Below are positions 1 to 12,607 of a DNA stretch of 64,000 nt, one piece after another (position 1 is the stretch's first letter; the number at the start of each line of letters is the position of its first letter). The notes under the pieces are model-generated. The model had not been told where the DNA came from, searched no databases, and saw only the letters and a list, made by a program, of their open reading frames with translations. The stretch covers positions 1 through 64,000 of the forward strand of contig JYFJ02001036.1 of assembly GCA_000934665.2 (NCBI GenBank). Direction: 5' to 3'. A program made the translations under genes and the position numbers. Origin of the DNA: Catajapyx aquilonaris. Lineage: Eukaryota.

Positions 1-105
1 ACAAAATACTTGTATATCAGTCACATTAGAAAGAGTGTCTTTCTTATTTTAAAAAAGTGTCCCATAAAACATACACAAACTGTACAGAAAAAATGTCTAT
101 TATAG

Positions 106-242
106 CAAGGGGTTAGCAACTCCCCAAAAAAGTGTACACCAGATCCTGGAACCGGGAGGTTCCACCCGGTTCCAAGCCGCCGCCGGTTCCACCTGGTTCC
201 TTGGCCAGTGTGTACACCGGTTCCAGAGTTGCTAGCCCCTTG
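106..242. mobile_element. Short MITE, hAT- or P-superfamily-like
   Basis: TIRs CAAGGGGTTAGCAACTC / GAGTTGCTAGCCCCTTG; exact 8-bp TSD TATTATAG at 98-105 and 243-250; internal repeats of CC(G/T)GGTTCC. Confidence 0.85.
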
Positions 243-278
243 TATTATAGTTAAAGTTGTCCATGGCAATGTACACAC

Positions 279-3200
279 CGTATTGGTCTGGATCGGATTA
301 TATCCAGCAAGCAGGTATAAGTATGAGGAGCAAAGGTCCCGTTGCTCCATAGTGAGGTCACATGCCAAGCGGTTCAGCACAGCACTCACATCCCTGTTTG
401 GTTCAAACTGGCCTGGACCTAGGATACGTATTCCAAGTTCCTACATAAAAGAACATTATTTGTTACATTTGTATTAAAATTTGGGCTTCAAAAATTAGAA
501 CTGCTTGAACATTCTTTATCTACTCTGCTTAAATGATTGAGGGGGAAAATATTACGTAAAACAAAGGAAAAACATACTCTTAGAGATATGAAGAACCTCA
601 CCTTGACCATTGGAGTCAGGATACGAAGTGGGCTCCTCACATGACACATGAATGAAATTGGTGCAAGTGCAACCATGAAATTAACTTTCAGGTTGTACTG
701 TGGGCGCACAGAAAGGGCCACGAAAAATGCTGTGGCTCCCAAGGAATGCCCAATATATGACAATTGCTTGCGCCCTGTTTTTGCCAGAACATAATCAATC
801 TGAGCTGGGACATCCATGTAACCAAATTCATGAACCCTACATGTAAAAAATAACAACAAAATTAATTATTCAATTAAACCATACAGGGTGGCCATAAAGT
901 CTGGAACCAATGGTCATATTGTTTTCTGATTGCAGGTAGCTATGGCACTGATGAAAGATAATGGAGTGGTGTCAATTGAGGGATACAGTAGCACATTCAG
1001 ATAAAAAAGTGTTAGTAGGCTTGGTTTTTTATTTCAGGGGCTGAGGCAACTAAACCCGCAGTAAATCAAATATATATCAGTCATATACTGGTATGTGACG
1101 GCTTGTCCCTGTATGGGGTAGCCATGAATAATGACAAAGCCACAAGTAACAACATACCTTACCCAAATCCCATAGTTTACGCGCGCCCCAAAAAAGTGGA
1201 GGGGTGGGGTAGAAAACAAAATGTGATGAAAAATCTCCGTTAAGATTATCTGGACTTTAGAATTGATAATTATGAAGAGTAACAATGGAGCTAGAATGGC
1301 ACCGAAGTTAAAGTTAATTTGACAGTTACCAACTGAAAAAAATATGATTACACTTTGGACAGTGAATTTCGGTGGGGTCTGGTAATAATTGCTGTCACTA
1401 CATTAATTTGTTACGTAGCAGGACATTAATTTTAATAATGAACCTGAGGGGCCACACAAACCTGAAGACAGCATTAAAATTAATTACAAAATATCCACCA
1501 CGAAATTTTAAAATGTTTATCACGGCTTGCAAATGTCAAATTTTCTGCGCATTTTTGAGTGCAGCGATTTAAAAAGCCATTTCACATTCATTAAATTGAA
1601 ATTTTTATCGTAGCACATTGCACTGAGGTCTAAATACACAATGTCATCACATTTTAAATTTATTTATAAATAACAATGTTAAATGTAGTTCAGCAAAGGG
1701 GTAGCAAATTCTGAAAACTTACACGATATATCGACATTTTAAATTCAGCGATAAATTTTTTGTACTTAATTTCAATTCAGTCTTTGGGTTTGTGTGGCCC
1801 CTCAGGTTCGTCATTAAAATAAATCTCCTGCTATGTAACAAATTAATGTAGTGGCAGCAATTATTGCCAGACCCCACCGAAATTCACTGTCCAAAGTGTA
1901 ATCATATTTTTTCAGTTGGTAACTGTCAAATTAACTTTAACTTTGGTGCCATTCTAGCTCCATTGTTACTCTTCATAATTATCAATTCTAAAGTCCAGAT
2001 AATCTTAACAGAGATTTTTCATCACATTTTGTTTTCTACCCCACCCCTCCACTTTTTTGGGGCGAGCGTAAACTATGTTGGCGAGTACGGAAAGTTTTCT
2101 CATTTCCAAACCAAAGGGTAGAGAGTAGGCCAGCTTCCTTATAGAGTTATGTGCTTTAAAAAATCCAAACTTCTCTAACTCGAATCTTCTATAACTCGAA
2201 GTTTTTTTCCAGTCCCATGGAGATTCGACTTAAAGAAGTTTTACTGTATAGGGATGTGCCATTAGTTTTTGGCTCCATTGTGTAGTTAATGCATACGGCG
2301 CCCTTAAAGTGTAGAGGGCTGGATGGTGGAATATGAGACAAAAACGACAAATTGCATTGGTGTCGTACTCGAATTATTACTCTGACGGGATTTGATTGCC
2401 TTTTGCACATGGACGATGTGTTAGGAAACCAAGGCAAGGACCGGAGGCCCTCGAACTGACTTTTGCCTCTTAGAAGCTGGCGGAATGGACTTGACATCAC
2501 GAAACTTTGACGGCGCCTTACGCATTACTATGCAATTGAGCCCAAAACTCATTGCACATCCCTATATTAGTTATACAAGTACTGTACTACCTGGCAATTG
2601 TCCGCGAGTTTCCCTTCACCCTGTATATTGCGACTACAATGCCATTATAATGGAAAAATACATGCAGATCCCCTCCGTGAAATAATTACTCCTCCGGACA
2701 CTCTGACTCACGTGAATTCCCAGAAAGCCTCCTCTGACGAGCTGAATCGGTTGTGGCGACGTCCGTAAGTAGTACCTCGGAAATTTCCTAACCACACATC
2801 ATAACCTGCGTCTGCCAGCATGTATGCTGAAAAAGAGACAGAATGTGACACAGCTAAAAGAAATTGTTTACTACAGTTGACTCCAGATATAACAGCCTCA
2901 GCTCTAACAAACTCTCTGATATAACAGACTCGAAGGCCAGGTCCCACCATATTTCCATATGTATGGCCTATGCATTTGGCTATAACAGACCTTGGTTATA
3001 GCAGACTGATTTCCACAGTCCCTTGAAGTCTTATATCCGGAATCTACTTTATTACCAACCTAGACTTTTGCTGTTAGGCTGCAGCACCCAGGCATTTGAA
3101 CTGCACAACAGACCATGTTGCAAGATAACCGGCCTTCCTCCAGTAGCATCCGTTTTGCTCGGTGGAATTCGATGCATAATGAGAATGTAGCCATCGCCAG

Positions 3201-3999
3201 TTGTAACTGCATGTTCTTCAACTTTGTAGCCTGCCTTGACAATGAACTCAGTCTGAAAATGCATGTATATACAGTAAGTATTAAATCCTTTATGTTGTAA
3301 CGCTGTGTCACTCCTTCCCTCCCAAATTCAATTACAAGGGCCAAAATGATTTACAATTTTTTTTTGCCACAAGTACAGGGCCTATGCAGGTTGGCAGATA
3401 GGCACACATTATTGATAGAATCCTTCTGGAGCTGAATGCACTGGCACCACAGGTGTGGCAGCATCTCGAGGCCCTCCAGGAACCAATTTTTGGTGGTGCG
3501 GCACACCCACTCCCGGACAACTGCTCACAGTCAACAATGTCCTCGAAATGGCATCAGCGAAGGGTTGTTTTTCATAGCTTCGAACAGGTGAAAGTCACTG
3601 ACAGCCAGGTCGAGTGCAGTGGGTGTGGAAGCACCCCAAGCCTGACCCACTCAAATAAGGGCCAATGCCATTTTGAGGACATTGTTGACTTTGAACTGTT
3701 GTTTGCGAGTGGGTGCGCCGCACCACCAAAAATTGGGCCTTGAGATGCTGCCACACCTGTGGTGCCAGTGCATTCAGCTCCAAACAATTTTATCGATAAT
3801 GTGTGCCTCTCTGCTGACTTGCATGAGCCCTGTATTTGTGTAAAAAAAAACATTGTAAATCATTTTAGAATGGCCCTCATAGAAATTGACTCACAGTTGA
3901 GGCCTGTGCTTCAGGATGGTAAGGTAGTACTGTACATTCCATTAGCTTCACACAAGTTATTGCCACCAAAAGATGCAGAATCAGCCTGGACGACACCAT
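279..3999 (-). CDS. Acid/gastric triacylglycerol lipase family protein (lipase 3/LIPA-like), secreted; 3' part continues beyond the left edge
   Basis: Exons 3999-3895 (MVSSRLILHLLVAITCVKLMEC..., signal-peptide-like), 3252-3060 (GYKVEEHAVTTGDGYILIMHRIP...VILQHGLLCSS), 2826-2712 (YMLADAGYDVWLGNFRGTTYGR), 836-602 (DVPAQIDYVL...YIGHSLG nucleophile motif), 440-279. All junctions are GT-AG with matching phases. Confidence 0.93.
1171..2077. mobile_element. Foldback element with about 300-bp near-perfect inverted arms
   Basis: 1171-~1470 is the reverse complement of ~1780-2077 (CATAGTTTACGC...GCGTAAACTATG). The ORF track shows the same peptide on opposite strands. No TSD found. Confidence 0.85.
2165..2250. 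mobile_element. pogo/Tigger-like MITE remnant
   Basis: AAACTTCTCTAACTCGAATCT ... AGATTCGACTTAAAGAAGTTTTACTG|TA inverted ends, right end ACTG-TA. Confidence 0.55.
2874..3049. mobile_element. pogo/Tigger-like MITE
   Basis: TA|CAGTTGACTCCAGATATAAC at left, CTTATATCCGGAATCTACTT|TA at right; internal TATAACAG repeats. Confidence 0.65.
3333..3881. mobile_element. Mariner-type palindromic MITE
   Basis: Ends TACAAGGGCCAAAATGATTTACAAT / ATTGTAAATCATTTTAGAATGGCCCTCATA with TA flanks; arms of about 220 bp are inverted copies. Confidence 0.85.
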
Positions 4000-6534
4000 G
4001 GTTGCACTCAGCCTGGTAGTGTTCACTTGACTCCACGCGTATCTTCTCTGTCACTGGGGACCTGGAGACATCCTATACTAGCACAAGTTCAAAGAATTCC
4101 CTCTCAAGGCCTACAAGTGAATTGAGCAAAAACAAACAACTATGCAGGAATGCAGCATTCTGAGAATGGAATGGGAGTTATTTTTTGTAATAACAATTCC
4201 CAGATATAGTGTGGGGGAATGTGGCAAGCATGTGCTAGCCACTGTCTCACAAAAACAAAAAATAAGTAAGATGCCTTCTGAAAGAACAACAACACCATAC
4301 CATGCCCCATGAACGGCGGGGTATGCTTGGATGTGACGTAGGTATGATTGAAGTCATTGAACACAAAGAAATATAATGACAAGGCAACAGGAACAAATCA
4401 GAGCAAACAATAACACCCAAAAATAATCTGGTTGGCAGTCACAGTTGCCAAGGTCCACCTAAGACTTTTCATGGAATGTGTGCCTGCAGCAGGCAAAACT
4501 TCATGCAGAAAAAAGAAAATACTCTATCTGCATTCCAGGACATTGTCGCTCTTAGGGAAGGATTAAGCTTGCCCTTCCCATACGCACTAATGAGTTCTAC
4601 TTATCGTCAATTTGATATTTTATCACAAAATCGTAAAGAAATGCAGCCAAAATATTAATCACTGTGCACTATAACCAATATCCTATTTGTGACTTGTTCA
4701 ATATATTTATGCGTGGATGGTTGTTATAAGCTGTGGCTCTGTGAAGTTGGAAATATGTTACGGAGTAACATTGGGTACTGAAAAAGTGTCAAGAGAGATG
4801 CTTGAACCAGAAATGATTATGAAAATGCTTTTAGAGTAGGAAAATATATTTAGAAGATTTGCTTAAATATCACCATGTAACACATTTTCTGCAGTCAGTG
4901 CAGGTTGTTACTACTAACTTGGAAACTATTTTGAAGAATTCTACTGCATCCACAATTTAAACTTAATGTGCATCACATCCCTTTTTTCAATGGAACTGTA
5001 TATGAAACCCAGTCCTAAGGTGATGACAGTTCATGCCCTTTTTTTTTACATATGAACTGTTCATGTCTTGGTGGATTACAGGTAGTAATCCCTCTGAAAA
5101 AAGGTAATTGACTGTAGTTACAAGCAAGCATCAAGAGTTCTTTTGGACTGATCTTTTAGAATCCTGCACTAACATGGCAATTAACCCATTTGTTCCTAGC
5201 ATCCTAAGTATACCCTCCTATGTAAGTATACCCTCCTGAGACCTGATGTCGACATATGACGACGAACAAAAAAAAAATTTGCTCCAAGTAGCATGACATT
5301 GTACAATAAGTCTATAATATTAAAATCCTTGCAGTGTTTGGCCTAGCCCTCTGATTGGTCCAACCCCATATTGTTACCACCACCTCTTCCTATTGGCCCC
5401 TGTCCATTGTTACTGCGACGTATTGTTACCATGATGCCTCCGATTGGCTCCCGTTCCGAGCATGCGCAATGGGTGGGAAGAACGCCACAGTCGCTTGCTG
5501 GACGTCAACTAGGACACATCATTCTCCTCTCCCGTGAAGACCCCTCTACCCTTTCACCTTCCTCCACCCACGTCTTCACGGTGAACTCACAACAGGGGAG
5601 GGGGAGAGGAGGGGGGAATGGAAAGGCCTAAACAAACCAAGCCGAACCGAACGTTGGCCAAGGTCGGGATGTTGTTTATCAGTGGTGCCAACTCCATGGA
5701 TGTTTATGAACAAAGTAAAATAATTTTTAAAACAAAGTCCTTCCTGTCACCCCCATGGGAAGAGTTGGTAAGCAGGATTATTCAACACTGAACCAAGGGA
5801 TAGGCCGAGAATGTCAAAAGAAAGTGTCGGGAAGAATGAAACCAGTTTTTGATCATCTAATACAAACACTGCAAAGTTCCATGGCTGTTTATAATACAGA
5901 GAAGTTATGAGCAGTTAGAAAAACGTGATCGGAAAGTCTGCATATAATTTAGATACATGTGCGAGTGCAGAGGCGGTAGAAGTTGTGAATTTCTGTTCAT
6001 ACAATAATTTATTTTTAATTCAAAAGGTATTAGTATGTTGAAGTGGGCAAATGCATGTTTCCCAATGCAAAGGTGGGATTGCAGATTGGTTCGCAGGGTA
6101 GGGAATCACAGATATATGTGAATGCACAGAGGAACGGTTGGGGTGGGGGGTATGCATATGATTGGCATCATCACTGGCTGTAAGTTGGAAGTGATTGAAA
6201 ATATGATGGGCACTGTAGGACACAGGCCTAGAAAAAGCGAGCAAAGCAAGTGGTTTTCTACGCATGCGCCTTAGAAAAATGCGAGCGTAGCGAGGGTTTT
6301 TCTAGTATAGTATATAAATGCAGGCTCTGGCATGCTGAAAGTAACGTTTTGCACCATCAATATTTATAAAGTCATTCATTGTAAAAAAATTTATTAGCTT
6401 TACAAGTAAGGCCTCAATTGAAACACAGCCTCTAAAGCACTTTCTTAAACCTGATTTCATTCTCATTCCCACATCCCACCCATTCCACCCTGATCATATG
6501 GAATGCTCAAAAACTTATGTTCAACAGACGGAAT

Positions 6535-9500
6535 TCACTTGCACGAATCAGCAACAACCATGTCACCAGCTGCACCATTCCCTTGCCCTCGCCTTTTCAC
6601 CGCCTGAAAATACTTTTCCCTAAACACAGCTGTAGCAGGATCTACATTCCCACACCACATGTCATGATCTTCCTTAATCTTGGTCATGGTCACCAAGCGA
6701 CGGCTGGAATGACTGGTCAATACTTGCTCACTATTTGCTACTAATTCCAGGCATGGGTGGACTGGAAGCTGATCCTCTTTGTATTCAGACCTGCGTAAAA
6801 TTTTGTATCATAAATCGCATTCAAAAATCATTTTTATTAATACCTTTTATTACTACCTGTATATTGGGATCCAAAAGACCAGCCTGCCTCCAATCTTCAG
6901 GTGCTTAGCAGAAAATGACAGAAGGTCTCTGTAGATGTCACCTAAGTTGTATTCTACTTTTGAAGGTATATGCTGTGGTAGAAACTTCTTGGGGATTTTG
7001 TGATTCTTTGTCGTACCAATGCGTTCCGTGGACTCCCGGATTCCATAAGGAGCTTAAAAATTGTGTTTTTGCAATATATTTATTATTATTATTATTATTA
7101 TTACACTAAAAACCATTGCAATGAAACTTACAAATTCAACATTCCTGATCTATGAGGATCATTTGACAATTAATGGCAACACTGTGACCACAAGGCTGGG
7201 ACTGGATGCAGGCAGGCACTTTGTCAGTCAACTTTAGGGAACCTCACAGTACCACAGTACCAGTCACAGCATTGTGTGCAGAGCAATGTACGTTGCACAT
7301 GTACCCCATTCATGGGAGCACCCAAAGACATGTAGGCTAGGACCCCATTGGAAAGGGAAATTGGAAAGCAGCAATAATTTCATAATTGGAACATCATCTC
7401 TGGCCAGTAATCCGTCGAAAGAAGGATTAGTTGCAGAGGGGACCCGTTGACCTCCACGACAACACTCGCTGTGACTTGGCCATTGCTGATCAGCAACTTC
7501 TTCAGAAATGTGAATGGGAACTGTTCGAGCATACCTCATGTGATTATGATATCTGCTCCGAAAAATGAAGGAATCCCTATGTGCCTTTTAAGTTTTGTTT
7601 GCGTAAGAGGGAAGCCATCCTGCATGCCTGAGATCAGTGTTTATGTGACATCTCCACAAACAACACTGCTGTTGGCATTCAAAGACTTTCAGGGATATGG
7701 GAAAATGTGATAAACATGGCTGGGGACTACTTCTAGGGAACGTGAAATGTGCAGATGTGTACCCGTATTGATATGCAAATTGCAGCAGTGTTGCCAATAA
7801 TTGTTGGACGATCCTCATATATTTCAGTTCAAATCATTTACTGTGCCCTAAAATGGTGTCCTAAGCATGTTCCAATTGAAGGGTTCAGAGTGGTTAATAA
7901 TTTTATGGGATTCGGGTGCTAATTCTTAAGCATTTACTTTCCAAGAGGCTATCACAAATATTAAATGCTAATATTAACCTCTCTTGCAGCCTCCCCCTTC
8001 CCCCCCCCCCCTTCCTTCCCCCTATTACTTCATGCCAAGTAGTACAGTGTAAATATGTAGTTATTAGCGCACCTTTGCCTTTCATTCCTCCTCTATCCCC
8101 AACACATTGGTATAACTTCACACCTTGAAGGTCATTTTTCTCTCTCTTTCCAGCCTAGAAAATGTTTCCTGACAGCCATGGAAACAGCACATAGGCATGA
8201 CTTTCACAGAACCTAATACTAGTTCTCAACAATTTGATAACCTCTAAAAGAAGAGTTGAAATGCAGCCGCTTATAAACACACCTATGGTAAAAGATTTCT
8301 AACCGCTATAGGTGCTTCAGTTGGAACACACTGTAGGTAAGGTATCAGCAAGGAAAATAAATCCATGCAACAAGACCAAGAATCCTTAATATTATAATCA
8401 AGTAAATTTAGCAGTGCAGTAGAACCCCGATTATACGTCACTCACGGGACTGGGGCATTGTCGGATAATCCGCAGAGTAAAGGAAAACACAACAAAACGT
8501 ATGAAATATCATGAAATAATGTACAATATTACGCTTTTCTAAGAAATAGTGAAGTGCTTATCTTTTATGTACACACTCTGCTGTTTAAAATTTAACTAAG
8601 GCAATACAAAACAAACGCTTAGTAGGTCTGCATTACAGTATTTGATGAGAAAACATACATTTATTGCTGGAGCAGGATGGTCTGTTAATAATCTGAGGTC
8701 AGATAAACAGGGTTCTACTGTATTTATGGGACGATTCTGATGAAAACGAAACATTTCCCAGTGCAAATTAATTGTCACAGAAGTGATGTTCATTGTCGAG
8801 AGATTACAGCAAGATAAGCATCCCTCAGAAAAAAACTGAACTTACGATCAGTGATAATGGCATCCAACAGAAAGTCATCTCTCCATACAGGCACTGATGC
8901 ATCAGCAACTACAACATCTAAAAACTTACTCAAGCAACCATACTGCACAAAGTTAGCTCTTACACTCTCATCAGACTGCCTTACTTTCTGTGAAGAGAGA
9001 AAACACAAGTGTCACATTACACATCTTAGGTCTGCAATGCTTTTTTAAAAAACACACCATACTTCATTATATCTTGTGGGCTTGGTTTTGGCATGAAGTG
9101 TCAGGTAGTCAAGGTCAGTTCCGGACACAAATCCTCCAAAGCAGGCTGCAGCCAGCAGGAGAGAACCTAGAACACAGGTTGTGTATGTTTACACATTACA
9201 AATGCAGGGTTGTGCAGTGTTCAAGTCCCCAGTTCAGGTAAGTGAAGTAGTTTTGAATTGTTTGCATGAATGTGCTCTTATGCATCCCCTACCTTAACAC
9301 CTCATGCAGGTCTTTAAGGGTTGAGCTCTTTAATGTGCTTGGTAGTACACATGACAGGTCCAATAAATGCAAAGAAGTTACACTACTGACAAGATAACAC
9401 ACACTTACCAGTGCCCACGAATGGATCTAATACCAAATCACCCGGCTGCACCTGAGCCTGATTGGCCATTAGAAGGGAGAGCTGAGTGTCCATGCTTGTG

Positions 9501-11343
9501 TTACCAATGAACTTGCGGCTCTTGAGAGACATCCTGAAAATGAGTTGCCTTCTCCCATCACCAACCCACCGGCCAAAAAATACATCATGTGGGTCTTTCG
9601 GGACATTGTTAGGGTCCAAACCATAATATTCTATAAGGTGAAGGCTTGTGTCAGGGTTGTCTAAGCGCACAGGGCCTTGGACTGGAAGGTAGCTGAAAGA
9701 CTAAAAGGAAAATCATATTTAGCACAACACTCTAATTTGAAATAAGTTGTAATTCTCAGCCACATGAACAGCCCTACACAAGAGTTGTAAAGGTGTCTGG
9801 TTGATGCTAAATATCTGCAATTACTAACTACATGCATAAAAGCCCAGGGGTGGAATTTTTGTCATACTACTAGTTACTTTTAACTTAGCAGTACCAGTGC
9901 AATGCAATGGTACTATTAAGTTAAAAGTAACTAGAACTACAACGAAACTTCCACCCCAAACCTGTAACGTGAGTACAGAGTATTCCTGAAAAGCAAACTG
10001 TCCCAAGCAAAACCTCCAATACAGCAAAACACAATACAAGGCAAATGTACATTACTCATTCTTGAAATTGGCATGAGGGAGGAATAATACTTGATTTGTT
10101 CCCAACTTCCCACCAACAAGAGTTTACTTGACTGGAGAGGCAAATCTTAGTGTGGATCTATTCTAATGTCCAGTCCCACTGGCAATCCTGAAGCTTGAAA
10201 GTCACGTTAGTTCAGGGATTAGGAATGCAAGTCTCCTGATAAAATTGGCATTTAAATAAATCTCAATTGAAAAAGCATATGTATTTTTATGAACTTCATG
10301 CATGCTATAATAGGAGCTTAAACAATGCTGAATGGAAGATGCACACTCTATATTCAAGACTGTTCGAACTGTTCAAACCATCTTGCTTTTCACGTAAGAC
10401 TTGAATTATCATGACACTTGTGTAATGCTACTTGTAGCATGTAAATTAAATTTTGCACTTACATCAATTCTTTCCAATTTCTCAGTGGATGTGAGTGTCT
10501 TGCAAAATGTGTCCACTTTAATTCGGAAGGTCATCTCTGGTCCAAAATAAGGCTGGGACAGGTGAAGGGGATACCTGTGCAGTTGCAAATGCAGTTCCAA
10601 GAGGGACTTTGCCCTGCCCCACAGCTCATAGCAGGCCCTCACTACCACACTTCGGGATACGAGCTTTAGTGCATCCTTTTCCGATGGAAGGTCAACAATA
10701 ACATAAGGCTGGATCAGAGAAAGACAAGTTTTTAAAAGACAGCAATTTTTCCAACACTGGAGAAGGACAATAATTAACTTGTAAATTAATCGCGTCAAAT
10801 TGATAAAATTTCTGACAAATAAAAGGACAGTAACACCTATTTATAGTAGTACCTTGATTCAATGGAAACTTGTCCATTACAAAATTCTCATTCGGAGAAG
10901 CTCAGTAGTCATGCACTAAATAGGTGTAGCCAATGCATGACAAGAAACTAATTAATTACATACTGCTTGAGTAGGCTTCTCGACCCACGTGACTGGAATC
11001 TTGAACATGTCAATGATGGCGTGCAACTCCTGTAAAAAAAAGGCCACAAAATATTAGGTCACCAGTTCCACTTTTGCATCATCTCGCTAAAACACTATAA
11101 CATGCATTTTTTAACTAGTCGGCGGAGTCAGCGCAACTGAATGAGAATGTGCAGTGGCACTTATGTTAGGCTTTTGCAGCAGCCAAGACAGCGCATGTTG
11201 AAGTTAAGCCTGATGAGTGGGCAGATGGGCAGAGGAAGTGCGAGGCAAAGACTTGCTGCAACAATGATTTAGCAATAAGAGAAACAGACCGGCAGGCGGA
11301 ATTCGAGGTGGTCGTTGGCGAACCAGAGGAGGTAGGTGGGCAT
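6535..11343 (-). CDS. TRMT11: tRNA (guanine(10)-N2)-methyltransferase, complete, 8 exons
   Basis: Exons 11343-11290 (MPTYLLWFANDHLEFRLP), 11029-10964, 10708-10463, 9700-9409 (RKFIGNTSMD...DLVLDPFVGTG), 9166-9063, 8987-8847 (DAIITD), 7052-6857 (PPYGIRE...GGRLVFW), 6790-6535 (stop). SAM-binding DPFVGTGS and DPPYG motifs are intact. AATAAA on the - strand at 6395-6390. Confidence 0.95.
7078..7102. repeat. (TTA)n microsatellite
   Basis: Read directly from the sequence. Confidence 0.9.
7151..7819 (+). mobile_element. Internally deleted, degenerate mariner transposon in a TRMT11 intron
   Basis: TIRs TATGAGGATCATTTGACAATTAATGGCAACACTG / CAGTGTTGCCAATAATTGTTGGACGATCCTCATA. Disrupted transposase C-terminus on +: LHDNTR...WELFEH..CDYD...GIQRLSGIWENVINMAGDYF. 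Confidence 0.88.
8417..8720. mobile_element. pogo/Tigger-like MITE
   Basis: TIRs CAGTAGAACCCCGATTAT / ATAAACAGGGTTCTACTG followed by TA. Confidence 0.75.
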
Positions 11344-12343
11344 CTTGGTGGACACCCGCAGGGGTCAGCAACCAAGGCGACGAGGCTAACTGCAGTGCGA
11401 CGGTCCCCGCCACGAAGCACGTGTGCGGATCAGGCTGCAGACCACGATGCGATGGATGGATCATGCCATCATGGATGATGCGGGGGAGACGAAGATGATC
11501 GCGCATCCACCACACTACCACTCGATACCATCTCTTCATACACACTAAAAAGTCCTGGTCGTTCCCACTCGACGATACTATCCCAGACCGCCCTTGCATT
11601 CAAAGTGTGGACACAAGTCATGATGGCAAATATTGCAGTGATGCATAGGTGGTATATGGGTATTTTAAAATAATTTTAAAAAATCGAGGATGAACTTCTG
11701 CACGCCACACATTTCATTTGCACATTTGCACATTTGCATTTAAGTAACCTCGTTACTCAAATAATTAATCAAAACGCCTTACACTATGTTCTCTGAAATA
11801 GATACAGCTTACGACACTTCCATCACTCTGCGACTACCTAATGAGGTCACAGATTAAAAAGGCACGCTCGAGCGGAGAGAAATGCAGCTGCCAGAATAGT
11901 TCACACTCAGTATTTGAAGCCCATTAGTTGCGGCGAGGTTTATGCTAAAATCCAATAACCCCTCGACATGAAATGATCCACTCGTGTCTCTAGAGGTTTG
12001 CCCGAATCATTCTGCCACGCCATGCATGAAGCAATAAATCCCAGACCATGCCAACAATTAATATTGAAATTTTTAAAGCAATTGCTTTAAAATATTTGTG
12101 GTGAAACTACATCGTGGACTGAGGGGCACATCAATAGTTATAAGAGGAATTAATTCAGCGGCTTATACTGAATGTTGGTTCAGGCAGTTCTTTCACGGAG
12201 GTCAGCACAGTATATCAATAGGCTAGATCTACAGTATACTATGACACTTCATCATTCATTCTCTAGGAACTCGAGGCGACTAGTTTCATCCTGAAGGATA
12301 CGGAACTCTCACCCAGGTGTCACGGGCAACATAGCACGCAGGA

Positions 12344-12607
12344 TCAAAAGCAGGCAAAAGTTGCATGCGACGAGGAAGAAATATTCACCAATAAAGATTG
12401 TTTGACAGTGTCAAACACTAGGCTATTTGAGACAGCAAAAATACCCGGTACATTTTGCTGTACTTTGTTTCCAAACTGGCTGGTATCTGCAGGGAGCTGA
12501 TGTCTAAAAGGGCCGTGAGAGTTGATAAGTGTTTCCCACTGATACAATAGACACTTAGAAAATGCAGTTCGTAAATCTGCGAGGTCTAAGAATGGTCCAC
12601 CACACAC
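12344..12607 (-). mobile_element. Degenerate non-LTR retrotransposon RT fragment
   Basis: Translation ...FSKCLL...HGPFR...SLVFDTVKQSLLVNI loosely follows the LINE RT pattern FSK..QFGFR..SKAFDTV.H..LL. Confidence 0.4.

Noticed and set aside
8737..8790. CTGATGA...GAAAC hammerhead-like core
   Set aside because: No stem II and no stem I complementarity.
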